A stretch of 64,000 nt of DNA, taken from the IMG/VR virus record IMGVR_UViG_3300043449_002710, positions 159,261 through 223,260 of that record, one strand, 5' to 3'. A program made the position numbers and the translations under genes. Positions 38,067 through 47,074 of the stretch are shown here, in pieces (position 1 is the stretch's first letter; each line of letters begins with the position of its first letter). The notes beneath the pieces are model-generated. The model searched no databases. It was given only the letters and a program-made list of their open reading frames with translations, and was not told where the DNA came from.

Positions 38067-38315
38067 TTAATAAACAAATCCGCATTTTTTGACTTGGAAA
38101 GCTTTGGACCTGCGTCCCATGCGAACATAGGTTTTCATACATTTGCTATGAATACCGTTCAGCGCCTGAGTCGGTTTTTTACAAACATCACAAGATCTTG
38201 TGTTTTTTATGGCTTCTAAAGTTTTCCTACACCGAATGTGAGTGCCGGATAAGGCTTGAGTCGGTTTATTACAAACCTCGCAATACTGAAATTTCTGTCT
38301 ATAATCGTCCATCAA
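38067..38315 (-). CDS. Small protein with a duplicated C2HC finger
   Basis: CEVCNKPTQALSGTHIRC and CDVCKKPTQALNGIHSKC. Confidence 0.65.
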   Translation of the reverse strand: MMDDYRQKFQYCEVCNKPTQALSGTHIRCRKTLEAIKNTRSCDVCKKPTQALNGIHSKCMKTYVRMGRRSKAFQVKKCGFVY

Positions 38316-38394
38316 TAAACCTCAAACCGGTTTTGTCTGGAATTTGAAATTCTCACCAACAGGGTTATTTTAAAGGGCAAGGAATCCTCTATCT

Positions 38395-38643
38395 ATGCCC
38401 AATGATTTTGCCAAGCTGAAAGAAATTCTTAACACTGCATCCGCTCCTAGGGCCACACTGAAGATTTTTAAAGACGGCCACGTGGTTTCCGAAGCAGAAG
38501 CTTTGGAATTAGAGCAAGAAGTTCAAGCCAGGGAAGAAGCTTTAGCAGCCAGCTTATCTTTTGACGAAATCATTTCCGCTTTAGTTGACGAAGATTGTTT
38601 AGACATTGCTAAAAAATTGCACGAGATTTTGCTGGAGAATTAA
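38395..38643 (+). CDS. Hypothetical protein
   Basis: 82 aa after a GGGTTATTTT motif; N-terminal DFAKLKEILNTAS resembles the KYP motif. Confidence 0.65.
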   Translation: MPNDFAKLKEILNTASAPRATLKIFKDGHVVSEAEALELEQEVQAREEALAASLSFDEIISALVDEDCLDIAKKLHEILLEN

Positions 38644-39378
38644 ATGTCTGATTTTAAAAAACTTTTAGATAGATTTGAAGACCACGAAAACAACCTGAAG
38701 GAACTCGGAAACGCGCTGGTCTTGAAATACCCTCAATCAAAAAACTTGATTGAACTGGCTCAAGAACTTGGGGTGGCTATCGAAGGGTTAAATGCGCTGA
38801 AAACTCAGCTCGGCCAAGCCATTCACGAAGCCGAAAGTCAGTCAGCCATGCTTTCGGACTTAAACGATCAGATGATGAAATCCGAGATCTACCAGCTTCT
38901 TTCTGAGCGCGATAAGAAAAAGCTCTCCGAGTATTTAATCCAGCAAAAAAAGGGATTGGCCACCGAGGAAGAACTCGAAGCTTTTGTGAAACAATCCTTA
39001 GAACAGAAATCGGAAACAGAACTCTTATCGGAGTTTTCCAAAGCCCATATTTTAGAACTCGGTCGATCCATCGTAGACGGTGAAGGAAACGAGTTTGAGG
39101 CTTATAAAGCGGGGACGGATATCTTAATCGAGCAATTCAGAGATCCGGCCAAAAAAACCGAGATCGTGAACGATTTAGCCAAGATTTTGCTGAAAGAATC
39201 TCCCGCGACAATCGTGAAGCTTTTTTTCTCCCCGGCTTTCAAACAAATTGAACAACCCAGAATGGAGATCGACCCGATTCCCATGATCTCCCCACAAGAG
39301 GAACCCGTGGAAGGTCCGGCTCAGATCCCAAATCCTAAAACCGTGCCTGCTCCAGAACCCGAGGCCGCCCCGGTATAG
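38644..39378 (+). CDS. Hypothetical helical protein with Pro-rich C-terminus
   Basis: 244 aa, abuts the previous stop, GGAG RBS. Confidence 0.7.
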   Translation: MSDFKKLLDRFEDHENNLKELGNALVLKYPQSKNLIELAQELGVAIEGLNALKTQLGQAIHEAESQSAMLSDLNDQMMKSEIYQLLSERDKKKLSEYLIQQKKGLATEEELEAFVKQSLEQKSETELLSEFSKAHILELGRSIVDGEGNEFEAYKAGTDILIEQFRDPAKKTEIVNDLAKILLKESPATIVKLFFSPAFKQIEQPRMEIDPIPMISPQEEPVEGPAQIPNPKTVPAPEPEAAPV

Positions 39379-39384
39379 TAGAGT

Positions 39385-40965
39385 ATGAAACTTTTTCACG
39401 GCACGTCTTCAAAAAAGCTTTCGATAATAAAAAAAGATGGGCTTTTAAATCCTTTTTTAACCAACGATATTAAATTAGCCGAATACTATGCGGATCTGAC
39501 TAGCGAGATGGATGAATCCTCCCCTGTTATCCTTGAAGTTGAAGTTAATAAAAATTTCCTCGTTTACGACAAAGCTGCAATGGATGAGCCTGTTTTAGTG
39601 CCAGAAAAACAAAGAGATCAAGCTTGGGAAAAAGCAGCAAGAGAACACCCAGAGTGGGTGAAAAATGGTTTTATTTGTATCCCAAAAAACGCTTGGGAGT
39701 ATTCTTTAGTTGGTGTGCATTCGGTGCAGTACCGTGGAATTATCCCCGCCAATAAAATTAAAAATAAAGACCCCTCTATCCTGTCCAAAAAATATACAGG
39801 TGCCCCTTCTGTAGACAGCTATCCTGTCACCACTTCTATATTGCGTAGCGGCATAGAAATTGATACATCAGGGATGTGGACGAAAAAGAAATCAGCCAGA
39901 AATTTTACAATGCACTCCTTAGACACAAAGACGAGTACATCAAAATCTTGGGCAAAGAGAAGTACGAGCAATCAATTGCCGAACTTCGCAATCGTCTTGA
40001 CTCGATCGAGTCCCACAAAAAAATTTTGGAAGAGATTAGGAACCTGCCCGAATCCGAGCGATCGAAAATCAATAACTACAGCAGCCTTATCGCCTACCTT
40101 GAAAAACTTTGAAGTAAGGGCAGATTCCTTAGGTGGCCCGGGCTACGGGCTCTCCCAACCCAGCCCCCATCAAAACGGATCGGACACTCCGGTCAGGGAG
40201 GATTCTCTCCCAGCAGGGGCCCCGATGGCCATCCACGAGATGAATCGACGCGGGGTGGAAGTCAAAGAAGCGCTCATGATTCGGCCTTATTATTTAGATA
40301 TGAAGACTCAAACCCCGAAAAAACAATATCCCACACTTTCTGCCATCTTAGCAGCCGAAGCCAAGGAAGAAAGAACCTTGGAAGAAGCTGAGAAGGCTCA
40401 GGGCATGGAAAAGCTTGGGATTGCTTCCCCGGAAGAGTTTGCGGTTAAGTTCAAGGGGAAGCTTCAAGAGTTGGCCGAGGAACATGGGATTGGGGATGCC
40501 ATCGCTTACAGCTTCCGCTCTCGTAAGATCGAACTGATCGGAAGCGATGCCATCCTGCTTCTCGATTACGACATGAACGCTCTTTACACTCGTCCCATGT
40601 ACCCGGTCGATGTGGACGGCATGATTGAACTCGATGAAGAAGACCTCGAATCCGAAGAGACAGAAGAGACAGAAGAGACAGAAACAGAAGAGACAGAAGA
40701 ACCTGAAGCCGAAGAAACAGAAGAAGCTGAATCCGCCGTTCACGCTGGCATGAATCTTTCTCCAGATGAGCCTTTCGACGACGAAACTTCTGCAGAAGAG
40801 TTCAATGAATGGCTTCACAAGTTGCGTCAGGTTTGGGAGTCCTACGAAGGAAAACCAGTTCCCCATTTCGGCAAAGCAGATGAAGATGGCGGTGCCAATT
40901 ATCGTAAGGACTGGGCAAATTTAGTTCAGGCAATGGAAAAGTTTTTAATCGCTTATTACGGATGA
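39385..40965 (+). CDS. Composite ORF: N-terminal ADP-ribosyltransferase-like domain, a frameshifted middle and a KYP-motif acidic C-terminal part (may be a separate gene from ATG 40300)
   Basis: LFHGTS...FLTNDIKLAEYYA...ILEVEV (H-G-T ART pattern); SYPVTTSIL; MKTQTPKKQYPTLSAIL; EETEETE tract. Confidence 0.55.
   Translation: MKLFHGTSSKKLSIIKKDGLLNPFLTNDIKLAEYYADLTSEMDESSPVILEVEVNKNFLVYDKAAMDEPVLVPEKQRDQAWEKAAREHPEWVKNGFICIPKNAWEYSLVGVHSVQYRGIIPANKIKNKDPSILSKKYTGAPSVDSYPVTTSILRSGIEIDTSGMWTKKKSARNFTMHSLDTKTSTSKSWAKRSTSNQLPNFAIVLTRSSPTKKFWKRLGTCPNPSDRKSITTAALSPTLKNFEVRADSLGGPGYGLSQPSPHQNGSDTPVREDSLPAGAPMAIHEMNRRGVEVKEALMIRPYYLDMKTQTPKKQYPTLSAILAAEAKEERTLEEAEKAQGMEKLGIASPEEFAVKFKGKLQELAEEHGIGDAIAYSFRSRKIELIGSDAILLLDYDMNALYTRPMYPVDVDGMIELDEEDLESEETEETEETETEETEEPEAEETEEAESAVHAGMNLSPDEPFDDETSAEEFNEWLHKLRQVWESYEGKPVPHFGKADEDGGANYRKDWANLVQAMEKFLIAYYG
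39876..40112 (+). CDS. Nested -1-frame segment that looks like the true coding frame here
   Basis: DEKEISQKFYNALLRHKDEYIKIL... is amphipathic and helical, whereas the 526-aa frame over the same bases is W/T/S-rich and atypical. Confidence 0.55.
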   Translation: MDEKEISQKFYNALLRHKDEYIKILGKEKYEQSIAELRNRLDSIESHKKILEEIRNLPESERSKINNYSSLIAYLEKL

Positions 40966-40969
40966 TCCA

Positions 40970-41251
40970 ATGAAAAATCTTAAAAAATACCCTACCCTTT
41001 CCAAAGTCTTGGCCGCCAAATCCACCGTTCAAGCGGGCAATTGGGATATCACAGCCGAAGACTTGGTGGACTTCACCAATAATGTCGAGCCTCTTTACTT
41101 AGAAGCTCAGTCGATGCGGACCATGCGCCAAGCCGAAGCTTTGGCAGAAGAAGTCATCGACGCTTATAAAAAACAATCCCCAGGACATAAGATTGTGACC
41201 GATGTTTCGGAACTTGCCGAGGCGCTCTGGGCTGAATTCAAATCTCAATAA
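40970..41251 (+). CDS. Hypothetical protein with N-terminal KYP motif
   Basis: MKNLKKYPTLSKVLAAK. Confidence 0.75.
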   Translation: MKNLKKYPTLSKVLAAKSTVQAGNWDITAEDLVDFTNNVEPLYLEAQSMRTMRQAEALAEEVIDAYKKQSPGHKIVTDVSELAEALWAEFKSQ

Positions 41252-41268
41252 GGGAAGAGGAAATAGTT

Positions 41269-41499
41269 ATGATGCAAAAATTGATGAAGGGTTTGATGAA
41301 CAAAAACCTCAAAGTGAAAAAAGCGCCAAACGTTACTGGCACTGTTTGTATTCACTTTCCTAATCCAGAGATTCAGGATTTTCAGATCACCGGTTTTGAA
41401 GTCGTGGATATTTTCGGTCGCATCGGCATGTCCGTTGAAGATGTGAAAAAATCCAATATCCAAGCTTTGATCCATCGTGGCGATTTGATCGTGGTCTAA
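41269..41499 (+). CDS. Hypothetical protein
   Basis: 76 aa, GAGG RBS. Confidence 0.65.
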   Translation: MMQKLMKGLMNKNLKVKKAPNVTGTVCIHFPNPEIQDFQITGFEVVDIFGRIGMSVEDVKKSNIQALIHRGDLIVV

Positions 41500-41502
41500 G
41501 AC

Positions 41503-41796
41503 ATGAAAAAATACGAAACCGTAGAAAAAGTTATCGCCGTTTCAACAAAAGCTGACGTGTTTAAAGGCGATTTAGGTTATCTCGCTTTGTCACAAAAAGA
41601 AGCAAAGCCTTCTGAATTTTACAGAAGCTTAGAAAAATTTGTGACCATGCTCGCACCTGATCAGGAAGCCGCGAGTGAATGGCTGCAGAAATCCAACCTC
41701 GATATCGAAAACGGGGATAGCTATTACGTCTACGAGGTCAGCATTAAGCTGGTCGGAGAAAAGACGTACTCTAAAGACGAGGAAATGGAAGAGTAA
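41503..41796 (+). CDS. Hypothetical protein with a variant KYP motif
   Basis: MKKYETVEKVIAVS. Confidence 0.7.
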   Translation: MKKYETVEKVIAVSTKADVFKGDLGYLALSQKEAKPSEFYRSLEKFVTMLAPDQEAASEWLQKSNLDIENGDSYYVYEVSIKLVGEKTYSKDEEMEE

Positions 41797-41817
41797 GACT
41801 TTTGGTAAAACACGGGC

Positions 41818-42597
41818 ATGAAACCTTCGCCTGTGTCTCGCCACGCTCTGGCTATCGTGATTGTCACCATCTGCCGAGAGAGTCTTCTTAGAGCTGTTCG
41901 ATCCATTTTTGCGCAAACGCTTTCTCTTCCGATCCAAGTTTTAATTGGTGTGGATCATGACCCAGACCACAGAGCTTCGGATCTGAAAGCTTTACTAGAA
42001 CAAGAACGTCCAGAGCACATCAAACTGACCTGGGTGGACTTGGGTTACTCCACCTCTCGTCGCCACGGTGGGCCCCACCCCTGCTATTTCGGGGGATCTT
42101 TGCGCTCCGCATTAACCTTCTTGGCGGATTCTGAGATCGTCATGTATCTAGACGATGACGACTGGCTCGCTGAGAGCCATAGCGAAGACATCTTAAAAGC
42201 CATCGAGGGTAAAAGCTGGGCCTTCTCCTACTGCACGTATGCCGATAGCAATCTGAGCCAAGGCCTTTGCGTGGATGAGATTGAAAGCGTGGGGGTCGGC
42301 AAAGGCGTCTTTCAAAAACACTACAACGGATTTGTCAGGCCAAGTGGCTTAGCTTTGAATAAGTTAAAGCTTTCCCCGATCCTCCATCTTTGGGCGGATT
42401 CACCTTTCCCTACCGGAGATGGCGAGGACCGCTTGATCTTCAACCAGTTAAAGACCCAGCCACACGGCTGTACTGAAAAAGCGACAGTCTATTACGCTCT
42501 CGATCCAAAAGACGGAATGCACTCGCTGAGAGTTCAATTCATGCGGCAAAAAGGGATCGAATTTAAGTCCGAACAAAAAGACGGCTCCGTTAGATAA
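41818..42597 (+). CDS. GT2-like glycosyltransferase
   Basis: IVIVTICRESLLRAVRSI...VLIGVD...MYLDDDDW. Confidence 0.75.
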   Translation: MKPSPVSRHALAIVIVTICRESLLRAVRSIFAQTLSLPIQVLIGVDHDPDHRASDLKALLEQERPEHIKLTWVDLGYSTSRRHGGPHPCYFGGSLRSALTFLADSEIVMYLDDDDWLAESHSEDILKAIEGKSWAFSYCTYADSNLSQGLCVDEIESVGVGKGVFQKHYNGFVRPSGLALNKLKLSPILHLWADSPFPTGDGEDRLIFNQLKTQPHGCTEKATVYYALDPKDGMHSLRVQFMRQKGIEFKSEQKDGSVR

Positions 42598-42606
42598 GGG
42601 ATCAAC

Positions 42607-43986
42607 ATGACAAAACCCAAGCTTACCGATGTCACGCTCATTATTGTGGATTGTGTCAATTATGAAAGAGCGCGAAAGGTATTTGAGCACTCCCTATCTC
42701 AATTTGATTTTGGGGCTGCTTTCTTTCTCACCGATGAACCCAAGAATCCTGGGGATGTCGGAATCGAGAAGATCAAAAGCTTAAAAGAGTATTCCAAGTT
42801 CATGGTGAAGAACCTGACAGATTACTTTCAGACCAGCCACTGTCTGGTGATTCAGTGGGATGGATTCATCATCAACCCGCAATCTTGGGACGCTGAATTT
42901 TTAAAGTACGATTACATCGGCGCTCCGTGGCCAAGCTATCTTTTGGACAAAGGCAAGGACTACAATGTCGGAAACGGCGGGTTCTCCTTGAGAAGCAAAA
43001 AATTGCAGGATCTTTTGAAGGCTCTGCCTTACGAGGTCACCGAACCTGAGGACGCTTATATCTGTAAGTTCTACAGAAAAGAACTCGAAGAGAACGGAAT
43101 GGTCTTTGCGCCAACTGAAGTCGCCTCGAAGTTCAGCGTGGAGAGCGGAAAAATCCAAGACCAGTTCGGGCAGCATGGAAGACCATTTGGGTCTAAGATC
43201 TCCTCACCTAAGATCAGCACCCTGATCAACTACTGTACCAACGATTACAAATTCATCGGTGCTTGCATTCGAAGCGTTCAAGAGATCTCTGAAGAGGTGG
43301 TGGTTTCCTACTGCAGTCACTTCTTGAACGGCGATCCAGAAGATCGAGAACTAATCGAAAAGACGATTGCTGAAAATCCGCAAGCCAAGTTCGTGGAGTT
43401 TCCATATAGCCCACATCGTTATTCGAAGACTACCTTCTGGCATAACCGAGGCAGAGCCGAGGCCTATCAGGCTTTGGAAAACAAGAACGTGGATTGGTTA
43501 TTGGTATTGGATGCAGATGAAGTGGCTGATCCCATCTTCAACGAGACTGTTTCTAGCCTGCTTGAAAATAGCAAATACGATGCGATGCGGATCTTGAGCT
43601 ATTGGTACTATCGGGATCTTTGCTGGCAAGCGCAACAACATGAAGACAGCGCTTTGCTCTTAAGAAACGGGCCCCATGTGGATTTTGGTTTTTTCTTAAA
43701 CTGTCCCTCCGAGCGTTTGAGCCTGATGAAAAACAAAGCTGCGCACGGGTTTCACATCAACTGGCTTGGAACAAAGTACCCCCTTTTCCATCACTACTCT
43801 TGGGCACGAACCAAAGAAGAGATGCACAGGAAAATCAAAGGCTGGGCTCACTTAGGGGACAAGGGACGAGACTGGCCTGGGATGATTGAAAAAGAGTTTT
43901 CTCGGGAGTTTGATGAAAATTGCCGCGACTATGTGCATGGGTACACCTACAAAAAGGTGGAACCAGTTCCCTACTTCAAGTCATAA
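42607..43986 (+). CDS. Two-domain glycosyltransferase-like protein (DUF5672-like plus GT-A fold)
   Basis: LVIQWDGFIINP...YDYIGAPW...VGNGGFSLRS...EDAYIC; second domain LLVLDADE...HHYSWAR. Confidence 0.75.
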   Translation: MTKPKLTDVTLIIVDCVNYERARKVFEHSLSQFDFGAAFFLTDEPKNPGDVGIEKIKSLKEYSKFMVKNLTDYFQTSHCLVIQWDGFIINPQSWDAEFLKYDYIGAPWPSYLLDKGKDYNVGNGGFSLRSKKLQDLLKALPYEVTEPEDAYICKFYRKELEENGMVFAPTEVASKFSVESGKIQDQFGQHGRPFGSKISSPKISTLINYCTNDYKFIGACIRSVQEISEEVVVSYCSHFLNGDPEDRELIEKTIAENPQAKFVEFPYSPHRYSKTTFWHNRGRAEAYQALENKNVDWLLVLDADEVADPIFNETVSSLLENSKYDAMRILSYWYYRDLCWQAQQHEDSALLLRNGPHVDFGFFLNCPSERLSLMKNKAAHGFHINWLGTKYPLFHHYSWARTKEEMHRKIKGWAHLGDKGRDWPGMIEKEFSREFDENCRDYVHGYTYKKVEPVPYFKS

Positions 43987-44514
43987 TTTCTTCCATTGAT
44001 CCACGATCCCTTTGCGGCGGCATCGTTTTCTTCTGCGCTGTTCTCGGGTCTTGGATCGATGGCAGACCAAACACAAGGTTTGGAGATTATTTAATCCACA
44101 CGACCCCCCGCCTTCGGCCACCGGGAGAATGTGATCCATTTCATACCAGTGCTTATCGAGGTGAAAACCGAATTTGTATTTACGTCGATACTGCCTGACT
44201 AAATCCAAATAAATCTCCTCACTCTCAAGTCTGACCGCTGTCAAAACCTCCCTAAGCTTCTCTGTGTCCAATCCACAAGAAGCGCAAACCCCTTTGTCTC
44301 GTTTGAACACCTGCTCGCGAGCATAGGAGGAGTTGGACCGGATTTTATATTCGTGCATACAGATGGGATCACCGCAGAAGGTCTTCATGGGCGGGTCCAA
44401 TTCCTTGGAACACCAATGGCAGAGATTCTTGCCGTTGGGTCCAACCCTCTCCTGTACCGTCCAAGCCGATGCCAAGGTACGTTGAAATTTATTTTTGTAA
44501 TCTGCGCTTCTCAT
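43981..44514 (-). CDS. HNH endonuclease
   Basis: CASCG...EMDHILPVAEGGG...NNLQTLCLVCHRSKT. Confidence 0.9.
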   Translation of the reverse strand: MRSADYKNKFQRTLASAWTVQERVGPNGKNLCHWCSKELDPPMKTFCGDPICMHEYKIRSNSSYAREQVFKRDKGVCASCGLDTEKLREVLTAVRLESEEIYLDLVRQYRRKYKFGFHLDKHWYEMDHILPVAEGGGSCGLNNLQTLCLVCHRSKTREQRRRKRCRRKGIVDQWKKL

Positions 44515-44687
44515 CCAAAAGTTTTAACCAAAACGATTAGTTTATTTTTAGGGGGTATTGATGCAAACTCCAAAAGTAAAAAAACCTCGTTTTTCAAAAC
44601 TAGACCCAGAAAGGGTCGGAAAACAGTTTTTCTGGCAGCCCTAAATTTATCAATGAGTTTTGCATTAAAGATAAGATCACCCCGGCG

Positions 44688-45038
44688 ATGATCTATAGGC
44701 TTCAAAACCCTCGTTACAAGCAGGCTAGATTCTTGGCCGTTTGGAAAGATCCCCAGACCGACCTTTTAAAGAAGTTGGAACTGACCACGGCGGAGATGAA
44801 ACACGAGCGATATCAGAGGGCCGTTCATTGTCGCGTGTGCGCTAGCGTTGTCTTCAGCCAAGGTAAAAATATTTCTAATTGGTGCTCTTGCGGGAACGTT
44901 TGCGTTGAAGGGGGTAAAACCTTTTTTAAATGGTGGGGAGATGATAGTCACGCTAAAGTCGTTCTTCTCGATCTCATCGATGAGATCATCCTCGGTGAAG
45001 ATCTTGCAATACCCCCGGTCGATCAAATTGAGTTTTAA
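44688..45038 (+). CDS. Small Cys-motif protein
   Basis: CRVC...WCSCGNVCVEGG. Confidence 0.6.
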   Translation: MIYRLQNPRYKQARFLAVWKDPQTDLLKKLELTTAEMKHERYQRAVHCRVCASVVFSQGKNISNWCSCGNVCVEGGKTFFKWWGDDSHAKVVLLDLIDEIILGEDLAIPPVDQIEF

Positions 45039-45086
45039 AATCATCTATTATCTTTATTAAGGTAAGGGCGGAGAAATTTTTGAGAG

Positions 45087-45176
45087 ATGAAAGAAAACAC
45101 CGACATCACCTATTTTGTCATCGTCTTGATGACGTTGCTGAGCTTATTCTTAGCCAATGCTCTCTTTCGCATGTAA
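45087..45176 (+). CDS. 29-aa single-transmembrane peptide (below the track cutoff)
   Basis: MKENTDITYFVIVLMTLLSLFLANALFRM; weak RBS; overlaps the HNH start. Confidence 0.3.
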   Translation: MKENTDITYFVIVLMTLLSLFLANALFRM

Positions 45177-45663
45177 TATTTGTCGAAATGTTTTCCCTTC
45201 GTCTTTGGCCAATGAACACCATCGAGTACCTAAATCTCTAGGTGGCAGCGACGATCCTTCCAATCTAGTGCTGCTCTGCTCAGGTTGTCACCAGCATTTA
45301 CACTCTGTGTCCTATATGATCGTCAACCCCAAGCGCCGACACGAGGTGGACCCTGCCACCGCCGCTCTTTTCCCAAATGATTTGCAGGCGAAAAAAAAGT
45401 TCCTGGAGTTTTCATCGTTGGTCGCCAAAGAGATGGCGCTCAAAAAGGAGATCAAAAAGAATCCCACCGAAGAGGTCCGAACGGTCCTAGAGCTTCCGGT
45501 CCTCTACATGGAGCTGCTTCGGCTCTCTGGTTATGACATGCCAAGTAAAACCGGGAAAGCAGCCGGGGTTGGTCGGATCATCCGCTTTTGGATCGCAGAC
45601 CAGCTCAGCAAAAAGTTCCCATTGCGTCGAGCCGAGATCGAAGCCTTAAGAAAACCAAAGTAA
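45157..45663 (+). CDS. HNH endonuclease with C-terminal extension
   Basis: CNIC...EHHRVPKSLGGSDDPSNLVLLCSGCHQHLH. Confidence 0.88.
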   Translation: MLSFACNICRNVFPSSLANEHHRVPKSLGGSDDPSNLVLLCSGCHQHLHSVSYMIVNPKRRHEVDPATAALFPNDLQAKKKFLEFSSLVAKEMALKKEIKKNPTEEVRTVLELPVLYMELLRLSGYDMPSKTGKAAGVGRIIRFWIADQLSKKFPLRRAEIEALRKPK

Positions 45664-45759
45664 AGTAACGCTTAGCGGCATGTTAAAACGCAATTAATTT
45701 AATGCAGAAGTGAAATTTAATTCGCAGTTTGCAATTTTTTCCCTCAACATTTTTCCATC

Positions 45760-46689
45760 ATGTTCATGGAAAGAATTCGGCGGCTGGCAATGGACTGGGG
45801 TAAATCTCCGCAGGCACTAGATGGAGTGGCGCGTGAATCCCTCTTTTACGGGATGCGTCTTGAAACCAAACCAGGAAGATTAAAACAAGAACTCAAGCGT
45901 GTGGGGATCGATTCGAAACTGGCCACGCCCTTGTGGAGTGGGAACTACTACTTGTTATTAACCTTGCCTGAGATTCTCATTAAGAAGAATTCCAAGATCC
46001 CGTGTCTAGAGGATTACCTTTTCGCCAAGAAAACCCTCAAGCGCCCTCACCTATCGGTTTTAAGAAAACGATTTAAAAACATCCCAAACGCCTCTCGCGA
46101 AGACATGATTCAAAAGCTATTGAGAACCATTAAGCGAGAATCCTACCGGGGCAGGTATTTGACGCAATTTGATCGGATGTATGAAAAGAAAGCGGACATC
46201 CATCACGATCTGATTTGCGAAGCTTTGGCGGTGATGAACAAAGAGTGGACCAACTTCAAAAATCACAATCAAGTGGAGATGCTCAATTACCTCTCTTACT
46301 GCGTGGGGACAAAAGCAGACACCTATCTATCTGCTACCACACCAAAGATGAAACGCGCTCATCTAGAGGACCCCTCTGAATTAGAAGCCTTAATCAATGC
46401 GCAAAAAGAAGATGACTTGAACTGGGATAACACGCCCGCTTCCCACATGCTGCAACAAGATCTTCAGCAAATGTTGTCTAAAGAAGCTTACTTAGGTGTT
46501 GCTCTTTTAATGGATTTTGCTGAACCTGAGCAAAAAAATAAATTTGAAAAAAGCCTAAAGGAACGTGGTTTTAACAGGCAGCAGCTCTCTCATAGCAAAT
46601 TAAAACTTTTAATTGAGCGGTATTTGGGTGTAAAGGTTTTTCAAAATCTAAGAAATTCAGAAGAATTAAGCCAGTATCTTCGCAGTTAA
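45760..46689 (+). CDS. Hypothetical protein, possibly sigma-factor-like
   Basis: 309 aa; ADIHHDLICEAL...F...MLNYL..CV...ADTYL loosely resembles sigma region 2. The ORF is solid; the function is speculative. Confidence 0.35.
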   Translation: MFMERIRRLAMDWGKSPQALDGVARESLFYGMRLETKPGRLKQELKRVGIDSKLATPLWSGNYYLLLTLPEILIKKNSKIPCLEDYLFAKKTLKRPHLSVLRKRFKNIPNASREDMIQKLLRTIKRESYRGRYLTQFDRMYEKKADIHHDLICEALAVMNKEWTNFKNHNQVEMLNYLSYCVGTKADTYLSATTPKMKRAHLEDPSELEALINAQKEDDLNWDNTPASHMLQQDLQQMLSKEAYLGVALLMDFAEPEQKNKFEKSLKERGFNRQQLSHSKLKLLIERYLGVKVFQNLRNSEELSQYLRS

Positions 46690-46693
46690 ACCT

Positions 46694-47074
46694 ATGACCG
46701 AAATCTCAGAATCTAGGCTAGAAGAAGTAGTCGATATCTTTTTAAAAGAAGCTAAACTGCCGCGCCCTCAAGGCTGGTCTAAGAGCGATGATATCGCGTT
46801 AAAACGCCGATGCTTGTCCGCTTTTTTGATAGCTATCAATCGACTGACTCCAGTTCAAACCGTGCAGGATTTCAACTTACCTCGGTTGATGGGGGAAGCT
46901 AAAATCCCAGAGATTATTCCAGTAGATAATAAAAGCGTTGTAACAGTTGAAGCCGTCACAACAGTTGTTGAAGCGGTGGTTCAACCCAAGGTTACCAAAG
47001 CTAGAAAATCTCACGCCGGAAGAACACGAATCTCTTTGAAAGAAACCACATCAAATAAAGCACCTGACTGCTGA
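46694..47074 (+). CDS. Hypothetical protein
   Basis: 126 aa following the previous gene. Confidence 0.6.
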   Translation: MTEISESRLEEVVDIFLKEAKLPRPQGWSKSDDIALKRRCLSAFLIAINRLTPVQTVQDFNLPRLMGEAKIPEIIPVDNKSVVTVEAVTTVVEAVVQPKVTKARKSHAGRTRISLKETTSNKAPDC

